From: an uncultured Bacteroidales bacterium
Lineage (GTDB): Bacteria; Bacteroidota; Bacteroidia; Bacteroidales; DASQZP01
Direction: 5' to 3'
Length of the DNA stretch: 64,000 nt
NCBI GenBank assembly: GCA_963783315.1
Contig: CAWAMZ010000017.1
Span: 23,725 to 87,724 of the forward strand
Shown here: piece after piece, positions 1 through 9,851 of the stretch
Layout: each line of letters begins with the position of its first letter
Numbering within the stretch: position 1 is the first letter of the stretch
Program-made: the position numbers and the translations under genes
Notes under the pieces: generated by a model
What the model was told of the DNA's origin: nothing
What the model saw: only the letters and a program-made list of their open reading frames with translations
The model's database searches: none

Positions 1-1078
1 TGGGTTCAGGGTCAAAGACTGGTATTTTTCTATGGATGTGTCGGAAAAAGCAACAGTAAGGTTTTCATACCCCGGTGATCTGATCAAACTGGCGCTGCAG
101 GGTAACGATCCCGGCGATCATTTCGATTTTACCGGAATGGGACTCAATACAACGGCTTACCAGGAGTTTGCAATTGGTGCATCTAAAAAGTTTAGTGAAG
201 AATTTACTGCCGGTGTACGGGGAAAACTGCTTTTCGGACTGGCCGATCTGTCAACCAGAGCTTCTGAGATTGGCATTACAACCGGTATCGATAAATGGGA
301 CATTCGCTCCAAATTTGAAGCACATGGTTCTATTCCGTTCAGCAAAATACCGGTAGTTGATGGTAACTATAAGTTTGACAGCATTACTTTTCAGGAAAAC
401 ATAAAATACTACGATGCCCGAAAGGCCGCCTTCAGTAATGTTGGACTGGGAATTGACCTGGGTGCACAACTGAAGGTACACGACAGGATCATTCTTTCTG
501 CCAGTTTGCTGGATATAGGCTTTATACACTGGAAAACCGACACCTATAATCTCAGTCAGGATGCCAGCTTCACCTATGATGGGGTGGATATTCCTTTTGT
601 GGATTCAGTTGATATTGGTTCCGGACTGCTTGATTCACTTGATAACACTTTTGTCTTTGTAAATTCATACGCTCCCTACAACACCCATCTTACCGGAAAG
701 TTATACCTGGGTGGCCGCTTCATGGTAAGTCCAAAATTCAGTCTTGGCGTGCTGTCCCGCACGGCTTTTTACAGGAATAACATCGACCAGCAGTTCACTT
801 TCTCGGCGAATTTCTATCCCGTTAAGATGCTGGCTGCCTCGTTTTCCTATACGATCATGAACAATACGTATAACAATTTTGGTATGGGACTGAGTGCCAA
901 ACTCGGGCCGTTCAATATGTTCCTGGTAAGCGACCTGATACCCCTCGCCTGGTACAGGGAAGCCTCGAGCGGTATGCCTGTGATACCGGCTACAATGCGA
1001 TCGGTGAACCTGCGGGTGGGATTCAATCTTATGTTCGGCTGCAACAAAAAAATCAAAGATTTCCCGATGATTGAATAA
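1..1078 (+). CDS. DUF5723-family outer-membrane beta-barrel protein (5' truncated by window edge)
   Basis: Frame is open from position 2 (GFRVKDWYFSM...). Alternating beta-strand pattern, GLGIDLG motif and C-terminal NLRVGFNLMFGC as in Bacteroidota DUF5723 proteins. Confidence 0.7.
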   Translation, partial: GFRVKDWYFSMDVSEKATVRFSYPGDLIKLALQGNDPGDHFDFTGMGLNTTAYQEFAIGASKKFSEEFTAGVRGKLLFGLADLSTRASEIGITTGIDKWDIRSKFEAHGSIPFSKIPVVDGNYKFDSITFQENIKYYDARKAAFSNVGLGIDLGAQLKVHDRIILSASLLDIGFIHWKTDTYNLSQDASFTYDGVDIPFVDSVDIGSGLLDSLDNTFVFVNSYAPYNTHLTGKLYLGGRFMVSPKFSLGVLSRTAFYRNNIDQQFTFSANFYPVKMLAASFSYTIMNNTYNNFGMGLSAKLGPFNMFLVSDLIPLAWYREASSGMPVIPATMRSVNLRVGFNLMFGCNKKIKDFPMIE

Positions 1079-1082
1079 TATT

Positions 1083-1322
1083 CCCGGGCTGAAAGCCGGA
1101 CAGGGATCAAAGCCCGGGGATAATCAAATACCACTTATTCTGGAACTGAGAGCTCTTCTTTCAGGCTGAAGGCCTGGCACTCAACAACTGTGGATAACCA
1201 AACACCCTCTTATTCTAAAACGGAGAGCCGGCTTTTCAGGCTGAAAGCCTGGCAGAACCACGTCCGGGTTGAAGCCCCGGGAATAACACAACCATCGCCC
1301 CCTCACCCTGAAAGGCGTGAGA
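1083..1322. repeat. Intergenic array of four REP-like GC-rich hairpins (CTGAAAG core), ~70-77 bp period
   Basis: CCGGGCTGAAAGCCGG (1084-1099), CAGGCTGAAGGCCTG (1162-1176), CAGGCTGAAAGCCTG (1237-1251), TCACCCTGAAAGGCGTGA (1303-1320). The spacers ahead of hairpins 2 and 3 are also homologous (ggataa..aaa.acc..ttattct..aac.gagagc). Confidence 0.75.
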
Positions 1323-1371
1323 CAATTTTGATTTTTTTAACATTAATACTCCCTAATTATTCCATTCAATG

Positions 1372-1404
1372 TTTGAAAAAGGTCCCAAAATATAACTACC
1401 TTTG
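1372..1404 (+). promoter_or_regulatory. Bacteroidota primary-sigma promoter (-33 TTTG / -7 TAnnTTTG)
   Basis: TTTG at 1372-1375, 21-nt spacer, TACCTTTG at 1397-1404, 29 nt upstream of the ATG at 1434. Confidence 0.65.
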
Positions 1405-1433
1405 TTAATTAAAACATTCAGAACATTGATAAT

Positions 1434-1700
1434 ATGATAGTTGGATTAATCAGAACATTATTTTTACTGGTGGTATTCTATTACCTGTTCAGATTTGTCT
1501 TTCGCTTTGTTATCCCGCTACTGCTGGGAAATTACATGCGCAATAAAATGAACAGCAGTCAAAGTGCAGGAAACAGAAATGAATATACCAGACAAAGAAA
1601 AACAGAAGGAAAAGTAACCATCGATTATATGCCCCCTGCAAAAAAACATATCAGCAAAGATGAAGGGGATTACGTGGATTATGAAGAAGTTAAAAACTGA
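1434..1700 (+). CDS. DUF4834-like small membrane protein
   Basis: N-terminal TM helix, EGKVTIDY motif and C-terminal GDYVDYEEVK. Confidence 0.75.
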   Translation: MIVGLIRTLFLLVVFYYLFRFVFRFVIPLLLGNYMRNKMNSSQSAGNRNEYTRQRKTEGKVTIDYMPPAKKHISKDEGDYVDYEEVKN

Positions 1701-1717
1701 GGTAACCTCTCTGTTGC

Positions 1718-2476
1718 CTATTTAACAGCAATCTGCTTTATCTTTTTGGCCAGGTTTGAAGCAAAAACGAACTCATTTAAATACTTATTATCCGTTGAGA
1801 AAATATCGTCTTTAGTCCCTTCCCAGCATTTGATACCTTTATAAATAAACACCACCTTATCCCCGATTTCCATCACCGAGTTCATGTCGTGGGTATTAAT
1901 AATGGTGGTCATATTAAATTCCTCGGTGATTTCCCGGATCAGATTGTCAATAACAAGTGCTGTTTTAGGATCAAGGCCGGAATTTGGTTCATCGCAGAAC
2001 AGGTATTTAGGGTTCAGTGCAATGGCTCGTGCGATGGCTACACGTTTCTGCATCCCACCGCTTAGTTCAGAGGGCAGCAGATTGTTGGAATTTTTGATAT
2101 TTACTCTTGCCAGACAAAGATTGGCGCGCTCACGTTTTTCCTCAAAGGTCATCGTGGTGAACATATCAAGCGGAAACATCACGTTCTCTTCAACTGTTGA
2201 GCTGTCAAAAAGAGCCCCACCCTGAAAAAGCATCCCGATTTCCTGTCTGATAAGTTTACGCTCTTTAAAGGAGATCTTGTTGAAAATCACATCGTCAAAT
2301 AGAATCTCTCCTTCATCCACCTCATGCAACCCGACAATCGATTTAAGCAAAACCGTCTTGCCCGACCCGCTCTGACCAATTATAAGGTTTGTTTTCCCCC
2401 GCTCAAATGTGACCGATATATCATCGAGCACCAGGTTCTCATTAAAGGATTTGGAAATATTTCTTACTTCGATCAT
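1718..2476 (-). CDS. mlaF: MlaF-like ABC transporter ATP-binding protein
   Basis: Likely start MIEVRNISKSF (ATG 2476, ATGA overlap with the mlaE stop). Walker A GQSGSGKT, signature LSGGMQKR, DEP-x-SGLDP. Confidence 0.85.
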   Translation of the reverse strand: MIEVRNISKSFNENLVLDDISVTFERGKTNLIIGQSGSGKTVLLKSIVGLHEVDEGEILFDDVIFNKISFKERKLIRQEIGMLFQGGALFDSSTVEENVMFPLDMFTTMTFEEKRERANLCLARVNIKNSNNLLPSELSGGMQKRVAIARAIALNPKYLFCDEPNSGLDPKTALVIDNLIREITEEFNMTTIINTHDMNSVMEIGDKVVFIYKGIKCWEGTKDDIFSTDNKYLNEFVFASNLAKKIKQIAVK

Positions 2477-3213
2477 GACAACATTAATTGGGTGAGTACA
2501 ACGTTGAAAAATAGTATGGCAACACTGCTGTATACCACTGCGCGGGTACTGTTTCGTCCTACCTCCAGTGAACCGCCCTGTACATAATAACCCTGGTAAG
2601 CTGAAATTGTGGTGATAATAAAAGCAATCCCTACTGTTTTGATAAGAGCATACGTGATGTAATAGGGAATAAAAGCATATTGTATACCATAAATATAATC
2701 GGCAGTAGGCAATGCCCCTGTAAGTACCACCGCCAGCCATCCGCCCATGATACCCACAAACATGCTGATCAGTGTCAGAAAAGGATTAAAAATGACAGTT
2801 GCTACAATTTTGGGCAGTATCAGGAAGCTTGCTGAATTGATTCCCATGATCTCCAATGCATCAATTTGCTCACTTACACGCATGGTGCCAATTTCAGAAG
2901 CAATATTGGATCCAACCTTGCCTGCCAGGATGAGGCCAACCATGGTTGATGAAAACTCCAGCAGCATAGTGTCCCTTGCTGTTAACCCAATCAGATAAAG
3001 CGGAATAAGCGGATTTTCAAGGTTATAACGGGTCTGAAGTGTAATAACCGCGCCCATGAATACCGAAATAATGATCACAATCCCGATGCTGTTGATACCC
3101 AGCTTGTCGATCTCCCTGATCATCTGTTTATAATAGATCTTCGTCTTTTCCGGTTTGGTAAAAACCTTCGACAACAATAGCACGTATTTACCGAGATGGT
3201 GTATAATTTTCAC
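2473..3213 (-). CDS. mlaE: MlaE-family ABC permease
   Basis: AGKVGSNIASEIGTMRVSEQIDALEIMG is the MlaE signature. Multiple TM helices. Confidence 0.9.
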   Translation of the reverse strand: MKIIHHLGKYVLLLSKVFTKPEKTKIYYKQMIREIDKLGINSIGIVIIISVFMGAVITLQTRYNLENPLIPLYLIGLTARDTMLLEFSSTMVGLILAGKVGSNIASEIGTMRVSEQIDALEIMGINSASFLILPKIVATVIFNPFLTLISMFVGIMGGWLAVVLTGALPTADYIYGIQYAFIPYYITYALIKTVGIAFIITTISAYQGYYVQGGSLEVGRNSTRAVVYSSVAILFFNVVLTQLMLS

Positions 3214-3596
3214 TCGTCTGTTTTTTTAATATTTAGGTTCCATGGAACTTACATTTTAAAGATTATCATCTCTTTATGATGATCATGAAATAAGATAACT
3301 TTTTAATGAGCGTTTCTTCCGCCGGTATTTAAACCTCTTTTAAATCCGGATGTTCCTTTCCAAAAAACTTATTTGTCTTCTTTTGTCAACTAAAAATTTG
3401 TAAAACCAGATTTATAATTTCGAATTTAGGCAAAAGTACAAAAATTAAAACTTATCATTCATGGCTATTTTTAAAAATATAAATCATGTAAAAGGGGCCT
3501 TTTATCAATTAATTAAATTAAATTCCTCCAGCTCAGGATTAATTAAGTATTTTAGCAGCAAATCCAATAAAATTCTTTTACTAATATCTGTTATTT

Positions 3597-4685
3597 ATGA
3601 AACAAAACAAGAATAATTACTGTGTCATAATGGCTGGTGGTGTGGGAAGCAGATTTTGGCCCTTAAGCCGTACAACCCGTCCTAAACAATTCCTTGATGT
3701 GTTGGGAACAGGCAAAACACTACTTCAGCAAACCTTTGACCGTTTTAACAAGATTATTCCTGCTGAGAACATTATTGTTGTAACCAATACCGACTACAGG
3801 GACATCATACTGGAACAATTGCCCACCATCCGGGAGGAGCATGTACTGCTTGAGCCCAGTCGTAAAAACACAGCCCCCTGTATTGCCTATGCCAATCACA
3901 AGATTCTGGCATCCAATCCTGAGGCAAATATTGTGGTTGCCCCCTCAGATCATCTTATCATCAAAGAAGAAGAATTTCTGAGGATTGTTGAGCAGGGACT
4001 GCAATTTGTTTCTGAAAATGAAGCACTCCTGACACTGGGTATCAAACCAAGCAGGCCTGAAACCGGATATGGTTATATTCAGGTGAATCCGGAAGAAATG
4101 AAAAACAACCTTACCAAGGTAAAAACCTTCACCGAGAAACCTGACTTTGAACTTGCAAAAGTATTTTACGAGAGTGGTGAATTTTACTGGAATTCAGGTA
4201 TTTTCTTCTGGTCACTCCACACAATCATGCAGGCGTTTGATCGTGATCTTCCGGAGGTAAACTCACTTTTCTGGGAAGGAAAAGGCCTTTATAACACCGA
4301 AAAAGAAGCCGATTTCATCAACAACACCTACCCCCGTTGTAAAAGCATATCTGTTGATTATGGCATCATGGAAAAAGCGGATAATGTATATGTTATTTGT
4401 TCAGATTTCGGCTGGTCTGACCTGGGCACCTGGGGTTCTTTATATGAGCATGCACAAAAAGACAATAAAGGGAATACCATTACCGGTGAAAATGTATTTG
4501 CTTATAATCTTGAAAACTGCCTCGTTAAAGTGCCAAATGACAAACTCGTAGTTGTACAGGGCTTAGAGGGCTATATTGTGGTTGAATCAGATGATATCCT
4601 GCTGGTATGTAAAAAGGAAGATGAACAACGTATCAAGCAGTTTGTCAATGATGTCAAAATTAAGAAAGGAGAAACATTCATATAG
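3597..4685 (+). CDS. manC: Mannose-1-phosphate guanylyltransferase
   Basis: IMAGGVGSRFWPLSR..PKQF, NTAPCI, PETGYGYI, WSDLGTW motifs. Confidence 0.93.
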   Translation: MKQNKNNYCVIMAGGVGSRFWPLSRTTRPKQFLDVLGTGKTLLQQTFDRFNKIIPAENIIVVTNTDYRDIILEQLPTIREEHVLLEPSRKNTAPCIAYANHKILASNPEANIVVAPSDHLIIKEEEFLRIVEQGLQFVSENEALLTLGIKPSRPETGYGYIQVNPEEMKNNLTKVKTFTEKPDFELAKVFYESGEFYWNSGIFFWSLHTIMQAFDRDLPEVNSLFWEGKGLYNTEKEADFINNTYPRCKSISVDYGIMEKADNVYVICSDFGWSDLGTWGSLYEHAQKDNKGNTITGENVFAYNLENCLVKVPNDKLVVVQGLEGYIVVESDDILLVCKKEDEQRIKQFVNDVKIKKGETFI

Positions 4686-4734
4686 AGAGCAAATTTTCCC
4701 GCTTTGATCCGGGTTTCGTTGATTCATAATTACC

Positions 4735-4768
4735 AAAAAAACGCTCGTCATGGTCTGAGCGTTTTTTT
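4735..4768. terminator. Intrinsic terminator (bidirectional), downstream of manC
   Basis: AAAAAAACGCTC-gtcatggtct-GAGCGTTTTTTT. Confidence 0.75.
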
Positions 4769-4848
4769 ATTGTATTTTTCCTTTCACCAGTCAGATCCGG
4801 GAAAATTTATCAACCCCGTGCCTGAGAATATAAAATTCAGGAATACGC

Positions 4849-4882
4849 AAAAAGCTGTCCCATTTCTGAGACAGCTTTTTTT
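4849..4882. terminator. Intrinsic terminator (bidirectional), downstream of gldN
   Basis: AAAAAGCTGTC-ccatttctga-GACAGCTTTTTTT. Confidence 0.8.
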
Positions 4883-4903
4883 GTATTTAAAACTAATATC
4901 GGA

Positions 4904-5770
4904 TTAATATTGCCAAAGGTCCTGTTCCATATTGAAGATAGCTTCCTTGATCCTGTCAGATTCATAAAGAGCATCTTTACCGGATGTATAATTGGCAATG
5001 GAACGGTTGTCGTAAACATTTGATTCAGCAAAGATATAGCTGTTGAACCTTCTCTGCCAGAAGAAATCATCGAAAGAGATACGCTGAGCGTCATTATTTC
5101 TGTTATAAATTTCATGACTGGCCATTACATTACGTACTTCCGGATAGTAAACCCAGAAAGTTTTCTTCTTCTGGATGGCAGCATCCGGGTTTCCTACCTC
5201 TTCTTTTCTGACGTAAACCCTGATGGGGCATAAGCCAATGATCCTTACCTGCATAGTGGATGTCTGTTTATCAAAAAACCACTTTTCCTTTACCAGTACC
5301 TGCTTAACCTCCTCTGTCTTAGCCTCACGCGGTACAATTTTTTCAACCAGGTTTCCGGTATTCACATCCTGCGTCCTGATGGTATCCACACCGGCATCAA
5401 AAGCCATATTCAAATCCTCCTGATTCATCGGGTTTTTGAATTCATTCAGTTCATCGGCAGTACTGTATGCAGTTACTCCTTCGTTCTTAATGGCGCTCAT
5501 CAATACATCTATCAGGCTCATTCTGTTGCCAATTGGCTTGGTCGGGTAATAGAGCGGAAGATTCATTTTCTCACGAAGATCAATTATGCGCCATATAGTT
5601 TTCGACCACATAACATCCCCTTCACGCACATATGTATAAGGAACCGGTTTTTTCTGAGGTATATTTTCTTTTACATAAACTTCAGTCAGCAGATCCTGTG
5701 CCTTCAGTGTTGTTGCACCGGAGAGTAAAAGAACAGACAATCCTATAAAAGCAATAAGTGTCTTTTTCAT
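4904..5770 (-). CDS. gldN: T9SS/gliding protein GldN/PorN
   Basis: VREGDVMWSKTIWRIIDLREKMNLPLYYP, WFFDK..STMQVRIIGLCP, C-terminal EQDLWQY. Confidence 0.95.
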   Translation of the reverse strand: MKKTLIAFIGLSVLLLSGATTLKAQDLLTEVYVKENIPQKKPVPYTYVREGDVMWSKTIWRIIDLREKMNLPLYYPTKPIGNRMSLIDVLMSAIKNEGVTAYSTADELNEFKNPMNQEDLNMAFDAGVDTIRTQDVNTGNLVEKIVPREAKTEEVKQVLVKEKWFFDKQTSTMQVRIIGLCPIRVYVRKEEVGNPDAAIQKKKTFWVYYPEVRNVMASHEIYNRNNDAQRISFDDFFWQRRFNSYIFAESNVYDNRSIANYTSGKDALYESDRIKEAIFNMEQDLWQY

Positions 5771-5788
5771 TGTTGTATAGTTTTAAAA

Positions 5789-7411
5789 TTAATTAATTCT
5801 GAATGCTATTGTTGATAATGAACGCGTGGTACCATCAGGTCCTATAGCCTTAATATCCTGAATATATATTCGCTGACCACGTGTTGCATTTCTCATAATT
5901 TCCATTTGTTGTGAACTGAAAAGGTTTCCGCGTGTATTTGCATCCCGCACAAATCCATTTTGTGTGGTTGAAACAGTAAATTCAGTCACTTTAAAAGTTA
6001 GATCAAAGTCAAAATTTTCCATATCAGCCAACACACCATTTTGTGCCAGCAATACATTTTTATTAATGTCACCACCTTTCATTCCAGCTACCTTTGCAAC
6101 CGGATCGGGTACGATTTTCACCCTAAACTCCATGAAACCCATATTTTTCCGTTGTCCTTCAATTTCAGCGAATACCGTCACGATCGCGTTTCCGGGCCTG
6201 GAGGGGTTAACAATATAAGAACTTCCCTGCTTTCTGATGTTACCGTTGGTCATTGTCGGATAAATCTTATCTGCCGGAATTCCCGGTACTGAAATATCAA
6301 CCGGATTATCTACACCGAGATAAAACACATTCATCTTGGTTGGAGAAATAACAAGACTGGGTGCAGCCACCTGATATTCCATCCTGAATGGTTTCTTTAT
6401 ATCAGCCCCGCCACTTGGTGAAGGAAGCTTAATTAATCCTCCCCACTTGTGATAACCCACCTGAGTCGGCTTAATGCTGTATATTCCCTTGCCATTCTCA
6501 ACCGGCAGTGAATCGTAATTCCCAATCATATGATAACTCCAGCTACCATCATTGTTTTTTACTGAATCATATTTACCAACGTAGATAACAGGTTTCTGTG
6601 TCGTATCGAAAGCAGCAACAAAAACTTTAGCCTGATATTCATTCCCTTTAAGGACATAACTCGTATTAGGGATTACAGTTGCTTCAAGCGAATTGAACTT
6701 AAAAGAACCTGCATCAATCTGAGAATAAAGATATTTCAATATTTCTGATTCAGCATTTCTAACATCCGCCTGCATACCCGACATCAGGGTAACTACTCCA
6801 ATCAGGGGCATATGTTCAAAATGCTGTATCTGCCATGTTTCATGCTGGCCTTCTACCCTCGGGGGATCTGAAGTATCCAGACTTTTTTCAATTGATGCTT
6901 TTATTCCGGAATCATTATCCCGTAACCACCCGATAAGGAAATTACGATAATTTACGATCGAATCTTTGAGATCATTTGCCTTCCCATTATTATTATCACC
7001 AATCATGATCTGAGCGGGAACATCAGCGTTATCTTTGCCCTCAATGAGCATTCCGTTAATATTGCCATCTTCAGATACCGCCTTGGTGTCCTCCCCTTCG
7101 GAAGTATATACAATTTCTTTTTTAAGATCCTGAATATAATTCACAAGGTTGTTCGATCTCATTTTTACTTTATTTGCGATATCTCTCCATGGACCAGCCT
7201 TGACGGGATTCTCTGCAGCAGCCTGTTCAAAAGCCTGATACATCATCTCATTCTTTGAATAGAAATTCTCCGTTGTTTTAGTAAGGCCTTCATCAACAAT
7301 CACAAATGCATCCAGAACCGACCTTGCCACATTAAGTGCAAGCAAAGCAGTCAGTACCAGGTACATCATACCGATCATTTTCTGCCTGGGAGTCTCTTTA
7401 CCGTGCGCCAT
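5789..7411 (-). CDS. gldM: T9SS/gliding motor rotor GldM/PorM
   Basis: ETPRQKMIGMMYLVLTALLALNV TM signature and KMNVFYLGVDNP. Confidence 0.96.
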   Translation of the reverse strand: MAHGKETPRQKMIGMMYLVLTALLALNVARSVLDAFVIVDEGLTKTTENFYSKNEMMYQAFEQAAAENPVKAGPWRDIANKVKMRSNNLVNYIQDLKKEIVYTSEGEDTKAVSEDGNINGMLIEGKDNADVPAQIMIGDNNNGKANDLKDSIVNYRNFLIGWLRDNDSGIKASIEKSLDTSDPPRVEGQHETWQIQHFEHMPLIGVVTLMSGMQADVRNAESEILKYLYSQIDAGSFKFNSLEATVIPNTSYVLKGNEYQAKVFVAAFDTTQKPVIYVGKYDSVKNNDGSWSYHMIGNYDSLPVENGKGIYSIKPTQVGYHKWGGLIKLPSPSGGADIKKPFRMEYQVAAPSLVISPTKMNVFYLGVDNPVDISVPGIPADKIYPTMTNGNIRKQGSSYIVNPSRPGNAIVTVFAEIEGQRKNMGFMEFRVKIVPDPVAKVAGMKGGDINKNVLLAQNGVLADMENFDFDLTFKVTEFTVSTTQNGFVRDANTRGNLFSSQQMEIMRNATRGQRIYIQDIKAIGPDGTTRSLSTIAFRIN

Positions 7412-7459
7412 ACTATATATCTAGATGATTATCTTTTCTGTCGGTTATTCTTGCTATCA

Positions 7460-8434
7460 CTATTTTTTACTTACAACGCTCATTGCAGAGAGCATATTGC
7501 CGTAGATATTATTAAGCGCAGATAAATTTTCACCTAATCTTGATATCTCTTCCCGGTACTTTTTGGTGTCGTCCACTGATTCTTTCAGATTCTCCATCAT
7601 TTGTCCCAGGGCACCATAAATGCGCTCATTCTCTTTCAAATGCTCGTTGGTTCCCTGCAGCTGCAATTCATATACAGCATTCAGAGCAGCCAGGTTCCTA
7701 CTAAGTGATTCTAACTGTCCGCCATAGGATTTACTGCCTTCATTAATGTTATCAGCATAATTACTGACTGAATCAGTTAATTGCTTATAAGTACCTGCCA
7801 GTGATTCACCAGATTGTTGAACCTGTTCTGTAATTTTCTGGCCCGACTGATTAACAACATCAGCAGTCCTTTCATAAACCTGAGACAAATTATTAACAGA
7901 AGAATTAAGCGTTTCAGTTGACCGGGCATAATTGGTGGTCATGCTACTCAACGATTCAGCAGCATTTCTGAAATTTGATACATATTCATTTGTAGCCACA
8001 GATGCTTCAGAGATATCAGACATATTGCGTGCTGTCTGATTAAGTTTGTTCAGGCCTTCTCCAAGCCTGGTAAATACTTCCGGACTAATATCAGCCTGAC
8101 CCATTATCTCATCAAATCTCTCCAGCATTCCGGTACCGCTACCGCTTTTTTCAATCTGATTGTTGTCCTGAAATTCTATCTCTTCAGGATCGGTAATACC
8201 GGCCAGTTCAGGATATACCAACGTCCAGTCAAGCTCCTCATGAAGGGGCTCAAAGGCAGAGAAGAAGAAGATAATAGCCTCTGTTGTCAGTCCGACTGTA
8301 AGCATGATGCCGGCACCAGCCCAGTGCTGTATTTTAAACAAAGCGCCAATAATCACTACGGATGCACCTAATCCGTATAGTTTTGCCATGAAATTCTTCC
8401 ATCCGGAACTCTGTACTATTTCGGTAAGTGTCAT
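7460..8434 (-). CDS. gldL: T9SS/gliding motor stator GldL/PorL
   Basis: YGLGASVVIIGALFKIQHW..TEAIIFFFSAFEP..WTLVYPEL and LNNIYGNMLSAM. Confidence 0.96.
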   Translation of the reverse strand: MTLTEIVQSSGWKNFMAKLYGLGASVVIIGALFKIQHWAGAGIMLTVGLTTEAIIFFFSAFEPLHEELDWTLVYPELAGITDPEEIEFQDNNQIEKSGSGTGMLERFDEIMGQADISPEVFTRLGEGLNKLNQTARNMSDISEASVATNEYVSNFRNAAESLSSMTTNYARSTETLNSSVNNLSQVYERTADVVNQSGQKITEQVQQSGESLAGTYKQLTDSVSNYADNINEGSKSYGGQLESLSRNLAALNAVYELQLQGTNEHLKENERIYGALGQMMENLKESVDDTKKYREEISRLGENLSALNNIYGNMLSAMSVVSKK

Positions 8435-8461
8435 GATACAACTTCTTTTTGTTGATTTACA

Positions 8462-9790
8462 TTAATTGCCACCTAAATAAGAACGCACGCATCTGAAGCC
8501 AATATAAGCCTTTGCTGTATCCTGATACTCATAACTACGCGTTCCTGTCTGAATATAATAAGCGATATCTTTCCAGGAACCACCCCTGATAACTTTTCTC
8601 TTCATTACAGGAGGATCATCAGGTTTAGCATTGTATTTGTAATCAGGGTTCAGATCGTGTGAAAAGACATAAGCCGACTCATCATAAGCATTGGCAGTCC
8701 ATTCTGCAACGTTACCAGCCATGTCATAGAGGCCCCATTCATTGGGCTCATAGGTTCCCACAGAAACAGTTGCCACACCACCATCATCTGAATAATTACC
8801 TCTGAGTGGTTTGAAGTTGGCCAGAAAACAACCTGTACTATTCCTTGTATATAATCCGCCCCATGGATACATTGACAGATCAAGGCCTCCACGTGCTGCG
8901 TATTCCCATTCTGCTTCAATAGGCAGCCGGTAATCGTGAACAAATGACTGACCGTCCTTACTTAAAGCATTGTTTAAAAATTGTGTCCGCCAGATGCAGA
9001 AAGCATTTGCCTGTTTCCAGTTTACTCCTACAACAGGATAATTGTCGTATGCAGGATGCCAGAAATACATTGTTGCCAAAGGCTCATTATAAGAATAAGT
9101 AAAGTCACTTATCCAGCAAAGGGTATCAGGATATACAGGAACCACATCCCTGTGTACGAATGCTGAACGGTCGGTAATTTCAATCTGATCACCATCCAGA
9201 TTGGTAACGTAGCCGTCATATTTTTTTGTCTGATAATTGTATCTGTTGGATTTTTTAGCTGCCTGTTTCAAATCAACCCAGTAATATTCATAAATAAGTT
9301 TGCGGGTGTCCAATTCTTTCCGGCCAAAGAAACGCTCATTCTGGGGAAGATACATCTCTTCCAGAATAGTATTGGTTTCTTCATCCCTAAAGTCAATTTT
9401 AGTATCCCAGTTCAATATTGGAGGATCAATTGCATTACCAAAGGCATCTTCACTAATGGCATAATCTTCGAGCTGCTCGCTCAATAAACGGCGCATGATT
9501 GAATCACGAACCCAGTAAACAAACTGGCGGTATTCATTATTGGTGATTTCAGTCTCATCCATCCAAAAGGCATCAACCGTTACGGTCTTGGTCATGGTAT
9601 TCTGTGCCCATGATACATCTTCATCAGCAGGACCCATGTTAAAACTACCCTGGGGGATAAAAACCATTCCAAAAGGATCGGGCTCAAAGTAATTTTTCCT
9701 CCCTTCAACCCCGGTAAGTTCACCAGTACTGTTATTACTACAACTGGAAACGACTGCCAGAATGATACTTAAGAAAAATAATTTCTTCAT
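8462..9790 (-). CDS. gldK: T9SS/gliding lipoprotein GldK/PorK (FGE-sulfatase fold)
   Basis: Lipobox VSSC, FWMDETEITNNEYRQFV, YRLPIEAEWEYAARGG, GLYDMAGNVAEW. First of KLMN. Confidence 0.95.
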   Translation of the reverse strand: MKKLFFLSIILAVVSSCSNNSTGELTGVEGRKNYFEPDPFGMVFIPQGSFNMGPADEDVSWAQNTMTKTVTVDAFWMDETEITNNEYRQFVYWVRDSIMRRLLSEQLEDYAISEDAFGNAIDPPILNWDTKIDFRDEETNTILEEMYLPQNERFFGRKELDTRKLIYEYYWVDLKQAAKKSNRYNYQTKKYDGYVTNLDGDQIEITDRSAFVHRDVVPVYPDTLCWISDFTYSYNEPLATMYFWHPAYDNYPVVGVNWKQANAFCIWRTQFLNNALSKDGQSFVHDYRLPIEAEWEYAARGGLDLSMYPWGGLYTRNSTGCFLANFKPLRGNYSDDGGVATVSVGTYEPNEWGLYDMAGNVAEWTANAYDESAYVFSHDLNPDYKYNAKPDDPPVMKRKVIRGGSWKDIAYYIQTGTRSYEYQDTAKAYIGFRCVRSYLGGN

Positions 9791-9851
9791 AATTTTAACG
9801 AATTATCAGAGATAACAAAACTTTTAATCTGTATTTATTTTATTCAAAAAC

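Noticed and set aside
1189-1197. Perfect DnaA box (TGTGGATAA), possible origin
   Set aside because: It is a single copy inside a degenerate repeat unit, with no box cluster or origin context.
1083-1322. Possible CRISPR array
   Set aside because: The repeats are short, degenerate and unevenly spaced, the spacers are homologous to each other, and no cas genes are present.
1190-1408. 72-aa ORF
   Set aside because: It runs through the hairpin repeats and the downstream promoter and has no protein features.
2477-2740. N-terminal extension of the MlaF ORF
   Set aside because: It is an out-of-frame overlap with mlaE. The ATG at 2476 gives a normal ATGA-coupled start.
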